This document shows positions 9,853 through 18,275 of a DNA stretch of 44,327 nt, one piece after another (the first letter of the stretch is position 1; the number at the start of each line of letters is the position of its first letter). Origin of the DNA: an uncultured Clostridium sp. (GTDB lineage: Bacteria > Bacillota > Clostridia > Lachnospirales > Lachnospiraceae); contig USFH01000001.1 of assembly GCA_900553925.1 (NCBI GenBank), positions 1 through 44,327 of the forward strand, in the 5' to 3' direction. The position numbers were made by a program, and so were the translations under genes. The notes beneath the pieces were generated by a model, which did no database searches, was not told the origin of the DNA, and worked only from the letters and a program-made list of their open reading frames with translations.

Positions 9853-10447
9853 GCAGTGCCTTTTTCTCTATGCGCGAGACATAGGAACGCGAGATATGCA
9901 GCCGGTTCGAAATCTCTTTCTGCGTGAGAACACGGTCATCATAAAGCCCATACCGAAGGGCGATAACCTGCTGCTCCCGCGGGTCAAGAACATCCTCGAA
10001 TATATCACCTATGCTGCGCAGGCTCTCGGACGTGATGACGCTCGCAAGCACATTTTCCTCATCAATTCGAATGACATCCATCAGGCTGATTTCATTCCCT
10101 TCCCGGTCAGTCCCGATCGGCTCATACAATGATATCTCCCTTGCCTCTTTACGCTCCTGGCGGAGCCGCATCAGAAGCTCGTTCTCAATGCAGCGGCTCG
10201 CGTAGGTAACAAGCTTGGAACCCTTGTCGGTATCGTATGTATTGATCGCTTTGATCAGTCCGATTGTACCTATGGAGATCAGGTCTTCCGTCGAGCGGTT
10301 CCCTGTTTGATATTTCTTGACGATATGCGCCACCAGACGCAGATTGTATTCCACAAGGATATTACGCGCGGCGATATCGCCAGCCTTCGCCTTTTGCAGA
10401 TAATACGATTCTTCTTCGGGAGAGAGCGGGTGGTGAAAAGTCTGCAT
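9824..10447 (-). CDS. sigK: Sporulation sigma factor SigK (207 aa, no pro-sequence)
   Basis: MQTFHHPLSPEEE, YNLRLVAHIVKKY, EDLISIGTIGLIKAI, TYASRCIENELLM, PIGTDREGNEISL, ISRSYVSRIEKKAL; ATG 10447 preceded by GAGGG. Confidence 0.93.
   Translation of the reverse strand: MQTFHHPLSPEEESYYLQKAKAGDIAARNILVEYNLRLVAHIVKKYQTGNRSTEDLISIGTIGLIKAINTYDTDKGSKLVTYASRCIENELLMRLRQERKEAREISLYEPIGTDREGNEISLMDVIRIDEENVLASVITSESLRSIGDIFEDVLDPREQQVIALRYGLYDDRVLTQKEISNRLHISRSYVSRIEKKALLKLRSALYV
9834..9865 (+). terminator. Intrinsic terminator-like hairpin at the end of the U32 gene, inside the sigK coding sequence
   Basis: AAGGCACTGC (9834-9843) / GCAGTGCCTT (9853-9862) perfect 10-bp inverted repeat running into a T5 tract. 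Confidence 0.6.
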
Positions 10448-10473
10448 GGCGGCCCTCGAAGTCTCTCTTTGTA

Positions 10474-10501
10474 TATAGTATGACGAATGATGGGAAATAG
10501 T
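10474..10501 (-). promoter_or_regulatory. Putative mother-cell (sigma-K/sigma-E type) promoter of sigK
   Basis: Minus strand reads AC-N17-CATACTATA, matching the B. subtilis sigma-K consensus AC-N16/17-CATANNNTA, 26 nt upstream of the ATG. Confidence 0.6.
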
Positions 10502-10559
10502 GCTTTTCCAAGATGGAAAAAGATGGTATGATAATAAAAGAAATGAACAAAAAAGGAAA

Positions 10560-12008
10560 ATGATAATGAAACATGAAGATGAGCATAAATCAGATAGAAT
10601 GAAAGTTATTACCGGTTTCTTTTGGAAGTTTGGAGAAAGAATCATTGTTTTGGGCGTTTCGTTTCTGATCATGGTGATATTGTCAAGACTGCTATCTCCA
10701 TCAGAATACGGAATGGTTGCAATGGCGTTAGTGGTAATCAATATTGCAGATGTGTTTGTTACGGCAGGACTTGGAAACTCTCTGATACAGAAAAAAGATG
10801 CGGACTCAAAAGATTTTTCTGCTGCATTTTATTTAAATGTTATCATTTCTGTAATTATATATATCTGTGTTTTTTTTATTGCACCATTGATAGAAAAATT
10901 CTTTCATTATCGTGATTTGTCGGCGGTGATAAGAGTTCTCTGTCTTAGAATACCGATTGCTGCAGTCAATTCTGTTCAGTGTGCATATATTTCAAGAAAT
11001 ATGCAGTTTAAACTATTTTTTGGAGCAACGCTATGGGGGACACTGATATCTGGAGGAGCAGGAGTTGCCCTTGCTTTATCGGGATTTGGTGTATGGGCAT
11101 TGGTGGTGCAGTATCTGCTGAATGCGGTGATTGACACATGCATATTATGGGTTCGGGCAGGCTGGAGGCCTACAAAGGAATTTGATATAGCAACAGGAAA
11201 AGGTCTTTTTCGCTATGGGTGGAAATTGATGGTTTCCGGGTTACTGGATATGACCTATAGTCAGATTCGGAATTTGATTATCGGGAAAAAATATTCAGCT
11301 GCAGATCTTGCATATTACACGAATGGATCTCAGTATCCGCAGGCTGCAACATCGGCAATCAGCACATCCATAAGCAGCGTGCTGTTTCCTGTATTGTCTA
11401 AAAAACAGGAGACAGTGGATTCGGTAAAACAAATTACGCGACGCGCAGTCAGCATCAGTTCGTATCTGCTCTGGCCGGTGATGCTTGGGATTATAGTTGT
11501 TGCACCGTCTTTTATTACGGTGTTTTTGACTGATAAATGGCTGCCGTGTGTTCCGTTTATTCGGATTGCGTGTATTGCATATGGATTTTGGCCTGTTCAC
11601 ACTGCAAATCTGGAAGCGTTAAAAGCAACCGGACACAGTGATATCTTTTTGAAACTGGAAATTATTAAATGCAGTATAGCGATTGCGATTTTATGTCTGG
11701 CTATGAGATATGGAATTATAGCGATTGCATTCAGTGCGGTGGTCACATCCATCATATCGTGCTTTATAAATGCATATCCAAATGTAAAAATATTGAAATA
11801 TACATATCTGGAGCAGATATCGGATATTGTGCCATCCATTATCAAATCCGCTACAATGGCAGTTATTATATGGGGGATTGGAACACAATTAGAAAATAAT
11901 CTGGTGCGGTTATGCGTGCAGATTGTGGCGGGGATTGTTGTATATTTTGCAATTTCTTTGATGACGAAAGATGCAAATTTTAATTATTTGAAGAAGCTGG
12001 TAAGGTGA
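10560..12008 (+). CDS. wzx: Wzx/MOP-family polysaccharide flippase
   Basis: GFFWKFGER, LSRLLSPSEYG, GLGNSLIQKK, FGVWALVVQ, IIGKKYSAADLAYY, ~12-14 hydrophobic segments; start ATG 10560 or 10566 after AAGGA. Confidence 0.9.
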   Translation: MIMKHEDEHKSDRMKVITGFFWKFGERIIVLGVSFLIMVILSRLLSPSEYGMVAMALVVINIADVFVTAGLGNSLIQKKDADSKDFSAAFYLNVIISVIIYICVFFIAPLIEKFFHYRDLSAVIRVLCLRIPIAAVNSVQCAYISRNMQFKLFFGATLWGTLISGGAGVALALSGFGVWALVVQYLLNAVIDTCILWVRAGWRPTKEFDIATGKGLFRYGWKLMVSGLLDMTYSQIRNLIIGKKYSAADLAYYTNGSQYPQAATSAISTSISSVLFPVLSKKQETVDSVKQITRRAVSISSYLLWPVMLGIIVVAPSFITVFLTDKWLPCVPFIRIACIAYGFWPVHTANLEALKATGHSDIFLKLEIIKCSIAIAILCLAMRYGIIAIAFSAVVTSIISCFINAYPNVKILKYTYLEQISDIVPSIIKSATMAVIIWGIGTQLENNLVRLCVQIVAGIVVYFAISLMTKDANFNYLKKLVR

Positions 12009-12033
12009 GAGATGGATAATATAAAAGTCAGCA
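11999..12033 (+). repeat. 35-bp direct repeat, copy 1 (wzx stop / duplicated GT2 start)
   Basis: GGTAAGGTGAGAGATGGATAATATAAAAGTCAGCA; 34/35 identical to 13171-13205. Confidence 0.95.
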
Positions 12034-12062
12034 CATTCTGGATAGTGAAAAGGGGGTATTAA
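12012..12062 (+). other. 16-codon mini-ORF MDNIKVSTFWIVKRGY formed by the duplicated GT2 start
   Basis: First 7 codons identical to the GT2 at 13184; its TAA (12060-12062) overlaps the ATG (12062) of the acyltransferase. Confidence 0.6.
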
Positions 12063-13180
12063 TGGAAAAGCACATTTTTGAAGATAAAATATGCGAAGAA
12101 AAAATGAGAAATTCAAATCTTGAATTATTCCGTATAATATCTATGATATGCATTATTGCACATCATTAAGTGGTAAATTCTGGGTTATTGTATTGCGTAA
12201 GCGGTTCTTCCTTAAACGATATCGGTATTTTGATTTTTGGATGGGGAGGCAAGACTGGAATCAATTGCTTTATGATGATTACGGGTTATTTTATGTGTGT
12301 AAAAAAGATTGGATTAGACAATCGGAATAATATAAAAAAATATCTGTTAAAATTTTTTAAACTATTGATGGAAGTAGAATTTTATTCAATCTTGATATAC
12401 TTTATCTTTGTTGTATTTGGATATGAATCCTTTTTTATAGATGAATTTATAAATACTATTTTTCCATTTACTTACATAAAAGATGGGTTTACAAGCTGTT
12501 TTTTTCTGTTCTATCTGCTTATCCCTTTTTTGTGTAAATTTGTGCAGAGTTTATCTGAGAAAGAGCATAGATATTTACTGTTTGCTTTGCTCTTGATATA
12601 TACGATTATGCCTTCACTTATGATTGAGGTTGTATTCAATTATGTTACATGGTTCAGTGTTTTGTTTGTTCTATCGTCTTATATAAGGCTGCATGGAGAA
12701 GATAGTGCTGTGTTTGCTCCGGGGATTTTAGACAGCAAAAAAGTATGGGGGAAGTGGATGGTGGTCATGTTGCTGCTTTCATGGGGAAGTATTGCTGCAA
12801 TACAAATAGATGTATTGCAGTTAGGTGTAAAAGAGTATAGATATTTTTTTGTATCAGATTGTAATAAAATTTTAGCGTTAACAACTTCTGTGTGTGCATT
12901 CTTGTTTTTTAAGAATATTAAGATAAAACATAACAAATTTATAAATACTATCGCAGCCTCTTCTTTTGGCGTATTGACAATTCACGCAAACTCGGATTCC
13001 ATGCGCCAATGGTTATGGAGAGATATTTTTGATAATGCAGGACACTATGATAATATGTTTCCATATGCTTTTTTTGTGGTTGCTATAGTTTTCTGTATAT
13101 GTACAGTAATTGATATAGTCCGAATTTACTGCTTGGAAAAACCGTTGTTCAAATATATTGAAAGAAAATGGGTAAGATGA
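12062..13180 (+). pseudogene. Acyltransferase-3 (OafA-like) membrane O-acyltransferase with in-frame stop at codon 36
   Basis: MEKHIFEDKICEEKMRNSNLELFRIISMICIIAHH*VVNSGL...GINCFMMITGYF. TAA at 12167-12169 separates the conserved N-terminal R-X10-H helix from the 336-aa ORF at 12170. Confidence 0.82.
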
Positions 13181-13205
13181 GAGATGGATAATATAAAAGT
13201 CAGCA
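13171..13205 (+). repeat. 35-bp direct repeat, copy 2 (acyltransferase stop / GT2 start)
   Basis: GGTAAGATGAGAGATGGATAATATAAAAGTCAGCA; one mismatch to copy 1. Confidence 0.95.
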
Positions 13206-14149
13206 TTTGTTGTGTTACATATAATCATGAGAAGTACCTTTGTGAAGCGTTAGATGGGATTTTAATGCAGAAGGTGAATTTTGAATACGAAGTCATTATT
13301 GGCGATGACCATTCTACAGATGCAAGCCAGGATATCATTCGTAGTTATCAGGATAAATTTGGAAAAAGAATGATTGCTTTTTTGGGAGAAAAAAATATTG
13401 GAGCAAATGATAATTATGCAAGGGTGCAGTCGTGCTCACGGGGAGAATATGTAGTTGTATTGGAAACAGATGATAAATGGACAGATCAGTATAAATTACA
13501 AAAACAGGTTGATTATCTGGATGCACATCCCGAAGCTGTTGCAGTTGCACATAGATGTCAGGTAATTGACCAGAATTCAAACCGGATTAATATTGTGTAC
13601 CCGGATTGCAAGAATAAGAAGTATACATTAAGACATTTTAGAAAATGGATTATGCCGGGACAGACAACATCAATCATGTATCGGAATTATCATACAAGAG
13701 ATATAGGGGTAGACAAGGATTTTATATACAGGTGTTCGGAGCTTGGACCGGGGGATCGGTCGAAGATATTTTCTCTGCTCGGTGTTGGAGAGATTCATTG
13801 TCTGCCAGATGTTTTAAGCGAATACAGATTGGTCAGACATAGTGGAAACAGTTTTTCTGCAACCAATAAATTAAAATATAAAGATTATGCAGATTATTGG
13901 AAATGCTTTGTCACTTTTTCAGAAGAAAAAAGATTGCCTGAGAGTTTTGTAGATACTGCATACGCCATGTATATGGAGGCTATGCTGGCAAGCTGTTTTA
14001 TACAACATGATATATCCATGAAAGAAATAAAAAAAGTATTGAAGATTCATAAGAACTGGGTAAAAATTTTTGGATATATTCTTGGACATATAAACCGTGT
14101 TATGTTTAATTGTGTGAAGGGATTTTTTAATGGAAAAGAATATTTGTAA
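13184..14149 (+). CDS. Glycosyltransferase family 2
   Basis: KVSICCVTYNHEKY, IIGDDHSTD, ETDDKWTD...KLQKQVDYL. Confidence 0.92.
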   Translation: MDNIKVSICCVTYNHEKYLCEALDGILMQKVNFEYEVIIGDDHSTDASQDIIRSYQDKFGKRMIAFLGEKNIGANDNYARVQSCSRGEYVVVLETDDKWTDQYKLQKQVDYLDAHPEAVAVAHRCQVIDQNSNRINIVYPDCKNKKYTLRHFRKWIMPGQTTSIMYRNYHTRDIGVDKDFIYRCSELGPGDRSKIFSLLGVGEIHCLPDVLSEYRLVRHSGNSFSATNKLKYKDYADYWKCFVTFSEEKRLPESFVDTAYAMYMEAMLASCFIQHDISMKEIKKVLKIHKNWVKIFGYILGHINRVMFNCVKGFFNGKEYL

Positions 14150-15128
14150 CAGAATATTGCTTACTGCGATTGGGTCAGTTTCATCAAAGGTCGTTTGCGA
14201 AAATATCAGGAAGACAGGGAATGTCAGGATATATGGATGTGATATATATCCGGAGGTATACCTTTCGCAGGCACCATGGTTTGATGTATTTTATCAGGTG
14301 CCGAAGGCATCAGAACATGAGGCATATTGGGCGTGCATAAAGAAAATATGTCTGGAAAATAAAATAGATGTGGTTGTTCCTTTGATCGATGTAGAAGTAG
14401 ATTTCTTGAATCAACATCGAAACTGGTTTAAAGAGAAAGAAATTATTCTGGCGATGACAGGCAGTGAATCCGTTTTGCTGGCAAGAGATAAAAAAGAAAT
14501 GATGGATTTTGTTGATGAACAGTGCCTGAAGGGCATTAAAACAATTCCGACATATTATATCAACTCAAAAACAGAAGCAAATACAATACAGTTTCCGGTT
14601 GCGTGTAAACCGGCAGATGGTCGAAGCAGTCAGGGGTTACGGATAATCGAAACAAAAGAAGAACTACTTGCGATGCGGACAGTACTAAGCAGGCAGAAAT
14701 ATGTAGTTGAGCCGTATATCTGTGGAAACAGGATTGTAGTGGATGTTTTACGAAATGCAATTTATAATGAGTGTGTGGCTGTAGCAAGAAAAGAACTAAT
14801 CAGTACGCCGCATGGGTGTGGGCTTTCAGTATATGTATACAGGGATGTGGTTCTTGAACATGCATGCATGGAATTGGCAGAAAAAATGCATGTGAATGGT
14901 TGTGTAAACTATGAGTTTTTGCAAGATGAAAAAGGTGATTATTATTTTTTGGAGTGCAATCCGAGGTTTTCTGCAGGAGTAGTATTTTCTACTATGGCAG
15001 GATATGATTTTGTGTGTAACCATCTGCGGTGTTTCAGACAGGAACATATAGATGATTTTGGCGGAATTATAGAACAATATATTGCCAGAAACTATGTGGA
15101 GTATGTTACGGGGGTAAAAGATGAATAA
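14130..15128 (+). CDS. ATP-grasp domain protein (carbamoyl-phosphate-synthase-like ligase)
   Basis: ILLTAIG, IDVVVPLIDVE, RDKKEM, KPADGRSSQG, FLECNPRFSAG. Confidence 0.88.
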   Translation: MEKNICNRILLTAIGSVSSKVVCENIRKTGNVRIYGCDIYPEVYLSQAPWFDVFYQVPKASEHEAYWACIKKICLENKIDVVVPLIDVEVDFLNQHRNWFKEKEIILAMTGSESVLLARDKKEMMDFVDEQCLKGIKTIPTYYINSKTEANTIQFPVACKPADGRSSQGLRIIETKEELLAMRTVLSRQKYVVEPYICGNRIVVDVLRNAIYNECVAVARKELISTPHGCGLSVYVYRDVVLEHACMELAEKMHVNGCVNYEFLQDEKGDYYFLECNPRFSAGVVFSTMAGYDFVCNHLRCFRQEHIDDFGGIIEQYIARNYVEYVTGVKDE

Positions 15129-16161
15129 TAGTGTTTACGAACAGATATCCGAAAGTTCATTAAATATATACATATGGGGTGCCGGATCTATGGCGCGGGA
15201 AGTGTACTATAGATTACAGGAGCATGGTATATATGTGAAAGGGTTTGTGGTAAATGTAAAAGTGAAACCTGCAGATGAGGTGACATTTTTACCAATTGAG
15301 GATATAGAAGAAATAGAAAAGTCGGGAGTAGATATAGACATTGTTTGCGGACATGGACATTTTGAAAAAATATCAGATATGTATGCGTATGAATGTGTTC
15401 GAAAAGTCTATGTAATTCCGAATCCATATGTTCAATATCAGGGACCGGGAGAAAGCTGGGTGAATGAACATAAAGATGAAATTTTATCTACGCTGGATGG
15501 ATTGGACGAGATATCCCGTGAATGTGTGGATTCGTATTACGAAGTACAAAATACAGGTGATGTATCTTGTCTTTTAAATAGAAATTTATATGTGGAAGAT
15601 ATATTCAACTATGATAAATTGGAAATCGGATATGACGAGGTCTATGTTGATATTGGGGCATATACAGGGGATACAGTACAAATGTTCAAAAAACATTGTA
15701 ATTCTCGGTATGCGAAAATTATAGCAATTGAACCAAATAAAAGGGCATATCGGAGCCTTTGTGAAGATACAGCATGTGATGATCGAATTGTAACATACAA
15801 TTGTGCGTTTGGTAAAATAAATGGTAAAACACTGATTGATACAACGGCTATGCAGTCATCGCATGTGAGTGAGTCCGGGGATGCGGAAGTAGAAGTATGC
15901 AGATATGATGATTTGTTATTGGATGAAAGCGTGACAATTATGAAAATATTTGTTCCGTTTATGGCTTTGGATATTTTGGAAGGTGCAAGAAAAAGTATTG
16001 AACGCTATAAGCCACGCTTGATTGTAAATGTAGGAGCTGATGATGGGACTCATATTTTAGATGTAATTAAATGGATGGAACAACTCCATGCAGGATATAC
16101 AATCTCTGTAAGATATGATTTCCCGATGCCAACCAGATTATCTGTGTTTGCAACAAAGTAA
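15121..16161 (+). CDS. FkbM-family methyltransferase-like protein (divergent)
   Basis: N-terminal IYIWGAG Rossmann-like segment; YVDIGAYTGDT, IIAIEPN, LEGARKSIERYKPRL. Confidence 0.78.
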   Translation: MNNSVYEQISESSLNIYIWGAGSMAREVYYRLQEHGIYVKGFVVNVKVKPADEVTFLPIEDIEEIEKSGVDIDIVCGHGHFEKISDMYAYECVRKVYVIPNPYVQYQGPGESWVNEHKDEILSTLDGLDEISRECVDSYYEVQNTGDVSCLLNRNLYVEDIFNYDKLEIGYDEVYVDIGAYTGDTVQMFKKHCNSRYAKIIAIEPNKRAYRSLCEDTACDDRIVTYNCAFGKINGKTLIDTTAMQSSHVSESGDAEVEVCRYDDLLLDESVTIMKIFVPFMALDILEGARKSIERYKPRLIVNVGADDGTHILDVIKWMEQLHAGYTISVRYDFPMPTRLSVFATK

Positions 16162-16173
16162 GGGGGCTTATTT

Positions 16174-17292
16174 ATGCCATACGATATATATGTAACAAAA
16201 GCGTCTCTTCCGCCTATGGAGGAATACATAGAAGAGGTCAGATCTGTCTGGGATACGCACTGGTTGACGAATATGGGAGAAAAGCATGAACAACTTCAAA
16301 ATATGTTAAAAGACTACCTGGATGTTGATAACATTGAACTGCTTGTAAATGGACATATGGCACTGGAAATGACATTGCAGGCAATGAATCTGCAGGGAGA
16401 GGTTATAACAACGCCATTTACGTTTGCGTCCACAACACATGCGATTGTCCGTAATAATCTTGAACCGGTTTTTTGCGATATAGACGAGCAGACTTATACG
16501 ATGGATGTCAGCAAAATTGAAAGTCTGATTACGGAACGTACCTGTGCGATTTTGCCGGTTCATGTATATGGAAATATATGTAACATAGAAGAAATCGATC
16601 GAATTGCGCATAAATATGGACTCAAGGTTGTGTATGATGCAGCACATGCATTTGGAGAAACTTATAAAGGGAAAAGTGTAGGTTTGTATGGCGATGCATC
16701 CTGCTTTAGTTTTCATGCAACGAAGGTTTATAATACGATTGAGGGTGGCGCAGTTTGCTATCGAAGAGAGGAATTGGGACAGAAACTGTACGAATTAAAG
16801 AATTTTGGTATACATGGTCCGGAAGATGTGAATGCAGTTGGAGCCAATGCAAAAATGAATGAATTCTGTGCGGCAATGGGAATCTGCAATTTGCGGCATG
16901 TGGATGAGGAAATAACAAAACGAAAGAAATTGTATGAACATTATATGGAAAGATTGAAGGATACAGCAGGCTTACAATTGAATTGGATTCAATCGGATGT
17001 AAGGTCGAATTATGCTTATTTTCCGGTTGTGTTTGATGAAACTATATTTGGAGTAAGCAGAAATGAGGTATACGATTATCTGGCAGAAGCGGGTATATAT
17101 ACAAGAAAATATTTTTATCCTTTAACAAATACTTTCGCATGCTTTGAAAATAGATACAATGTGAATGATACACCGATTGCGCGTAAGGTGGCAAATCGAG
17201 TTCTGACATTGCCGTTATACCCGGATTTGGATGTTCGGGATGTAGATCGGATCTGCGATCTATTGTTACAATGCCGATATGACAATAAATAA
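16174..17292 (+). CDS. DegT/DnrJ/EryC1/StrS aminotransferase, VioA-like (dTDP-4-amino-4,6-dideoxyglucose transaminase)
   Basis: IYVTKASLPP...WLTNMG, VITTPFTFAST, PVHVYGN, YDAAHAFG, PLP lysine in SFHATKVYNTIEGG, NAKMNE. Confidence 0.9.
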   Translation: MPYDIYVTKASLPPMEEYIEEVRSVWDTHWLTNMGEKHEQLQNMLKDYLDVDNIELLVNGHMALEMTLQAMNLQGEVITTPFTFASTTHAIVRNNLEPVFCDIDEQTYTMDVSKIESLITERTCAILPVHVYGNICNIEEIDRIAHKYGLKVVYDAAHAFGETYKGKSVGLYGDASCFSFHATKVYNTIEGGAVCYRREELGQKLYELKNFGIHGPEDVNAVGANAKMNEFCAAMGICNLRHVDEEITKRKKLYEHYMERLKDTAGLQLNWIQSDVRSNYAYFPVVFDETIFGVSRNEVYDYLAEAGIYTRKYFYPLTNTFACFENRYNVNDTPIARKVANRVLTLPLYPDLDVRDVDRICDLLLQCRYDNK

Positions 17293-17300
17293 TATGAGGG

Positions 17301-18257
17301 GTGAATGATATGGAACCGATATTGTTCTTGGTAATTCCATGTTATAACGAGGAAGAAGTCCTTCCTGAGACAAACCGGTGCGTAGGAGATAAACTCAGAC
17401 GGATGATAACCGATGGAGTCGTTTCAGGAAAAAGCAGAATATTGTATGTGAACGATGGCTCCCGGGATCGTACTTGGAATATCATACAGGAGTTATATCG
17501 ACAGGATGAGTATGCGACAGGTATTACCCTGTCAAGAAACAAAGGACATCAGAATGCACTTTTAGCAGGACTTATGACAGCAAAGGAATATGCCGACATT
17601 GTAATCTCTATGGATGCAGACCTGCAGGATGATGTGGAAGTGCTGGATAAATTCGTGGAAGAATATAAAAAGGGAAATGATATTGTATATGGTGTTCGGA
17701 AATCGAGGAAAAAAGACACGGCATTTAAACGATGTACGGCGTTGGCGTTTTATAAACTGATGCGGGCATTTGGCGTGGATATGGTATACAATCACGCGGA
17801 TTACAGGCTGATGTCAAAACGGGCGTTAGATGGACTGGAGAAATTCCGGGAGGTTAATTTGTTTCTTCGTGGAATTGTGCCTATGATCGGATATGCATCA
17901 TCTACGGTAGAGTATGACCGTGGAGAACGCGCGGCGGGAGAGTCGAAATATCCGTTCCGTAAGATGTTCCGCTTTGCAGTTGAGGGAATCACTTCCTGCA
18001 GCGTAAAACCGATTCGTATGATTACAGCGATGGGACTGCTTGTAAGCTTTCTGAGTGTTGTGTATCTGATTTACATATTGATTGGAAATGCTATGGGCTA
18101 TACAATCAAGGGTTGGACAACAGTTATGGTAGTTATGCTCATCCTGGGAGGGTTTCAGATTTTCAGTATTGGAATTGTTGGTGAATATATCAGTAAGATC
18201 TATCTGGAGGTAAAAGACCGGCCGCGATATATCATTGAGGATACAAAGATAAAATAA
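17301..18257 (+). CDS. GtrB/DPM1-like polyprenyl-phosphate glycosyltransferase (GT2 with two C-terminal TM helices)
   Basis: VIPCYNEEE, VNDGSRD, SRNKGHQNALLAG, MDADLQD, ADYRLMS, AGESKY, GEYISKIYLEVKDRPRY. Confidence 0.92.
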   Translation: MNDMEPILFLVIPCYNEEEVLPETNRCVGDKLRRMITDGVVSGKSRILYVNDGSRDRTWNIIQELYRQDEYATGITLSRNKGHQNALLAGLMTAKEYADIVISMDADLQDDVEVLDKFVEEYKKGNDIVYGVRKSRKKDTAFKRCTALAFYKLMRAFGVDMVYNHADYRLMSKRALDGLEKFREVNLFLRGIVPMIGYASSTVEYDRGERAAGESKYPFRKMFRFAVEGITSCSVKPIRMITAMGLLVSFLSVVYLIYILIGNAMGYTIKGWTTVMVVMLILGGFQIFSIGIVGEYISKIYLEVKDRPRYIIEDTKIK

Positions 18258-18275
18258 CTGTGTTAGGGGTGTACA

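Noticed and set aside
10448..10741. 98-aa N-terminal extension of SigK in the ORF track (9824..10741)
   Set aside because: It overlaps wzx antisense, resembles no pro-sequence, and the SD and sigma-K-like promoter point to ATG 10447.
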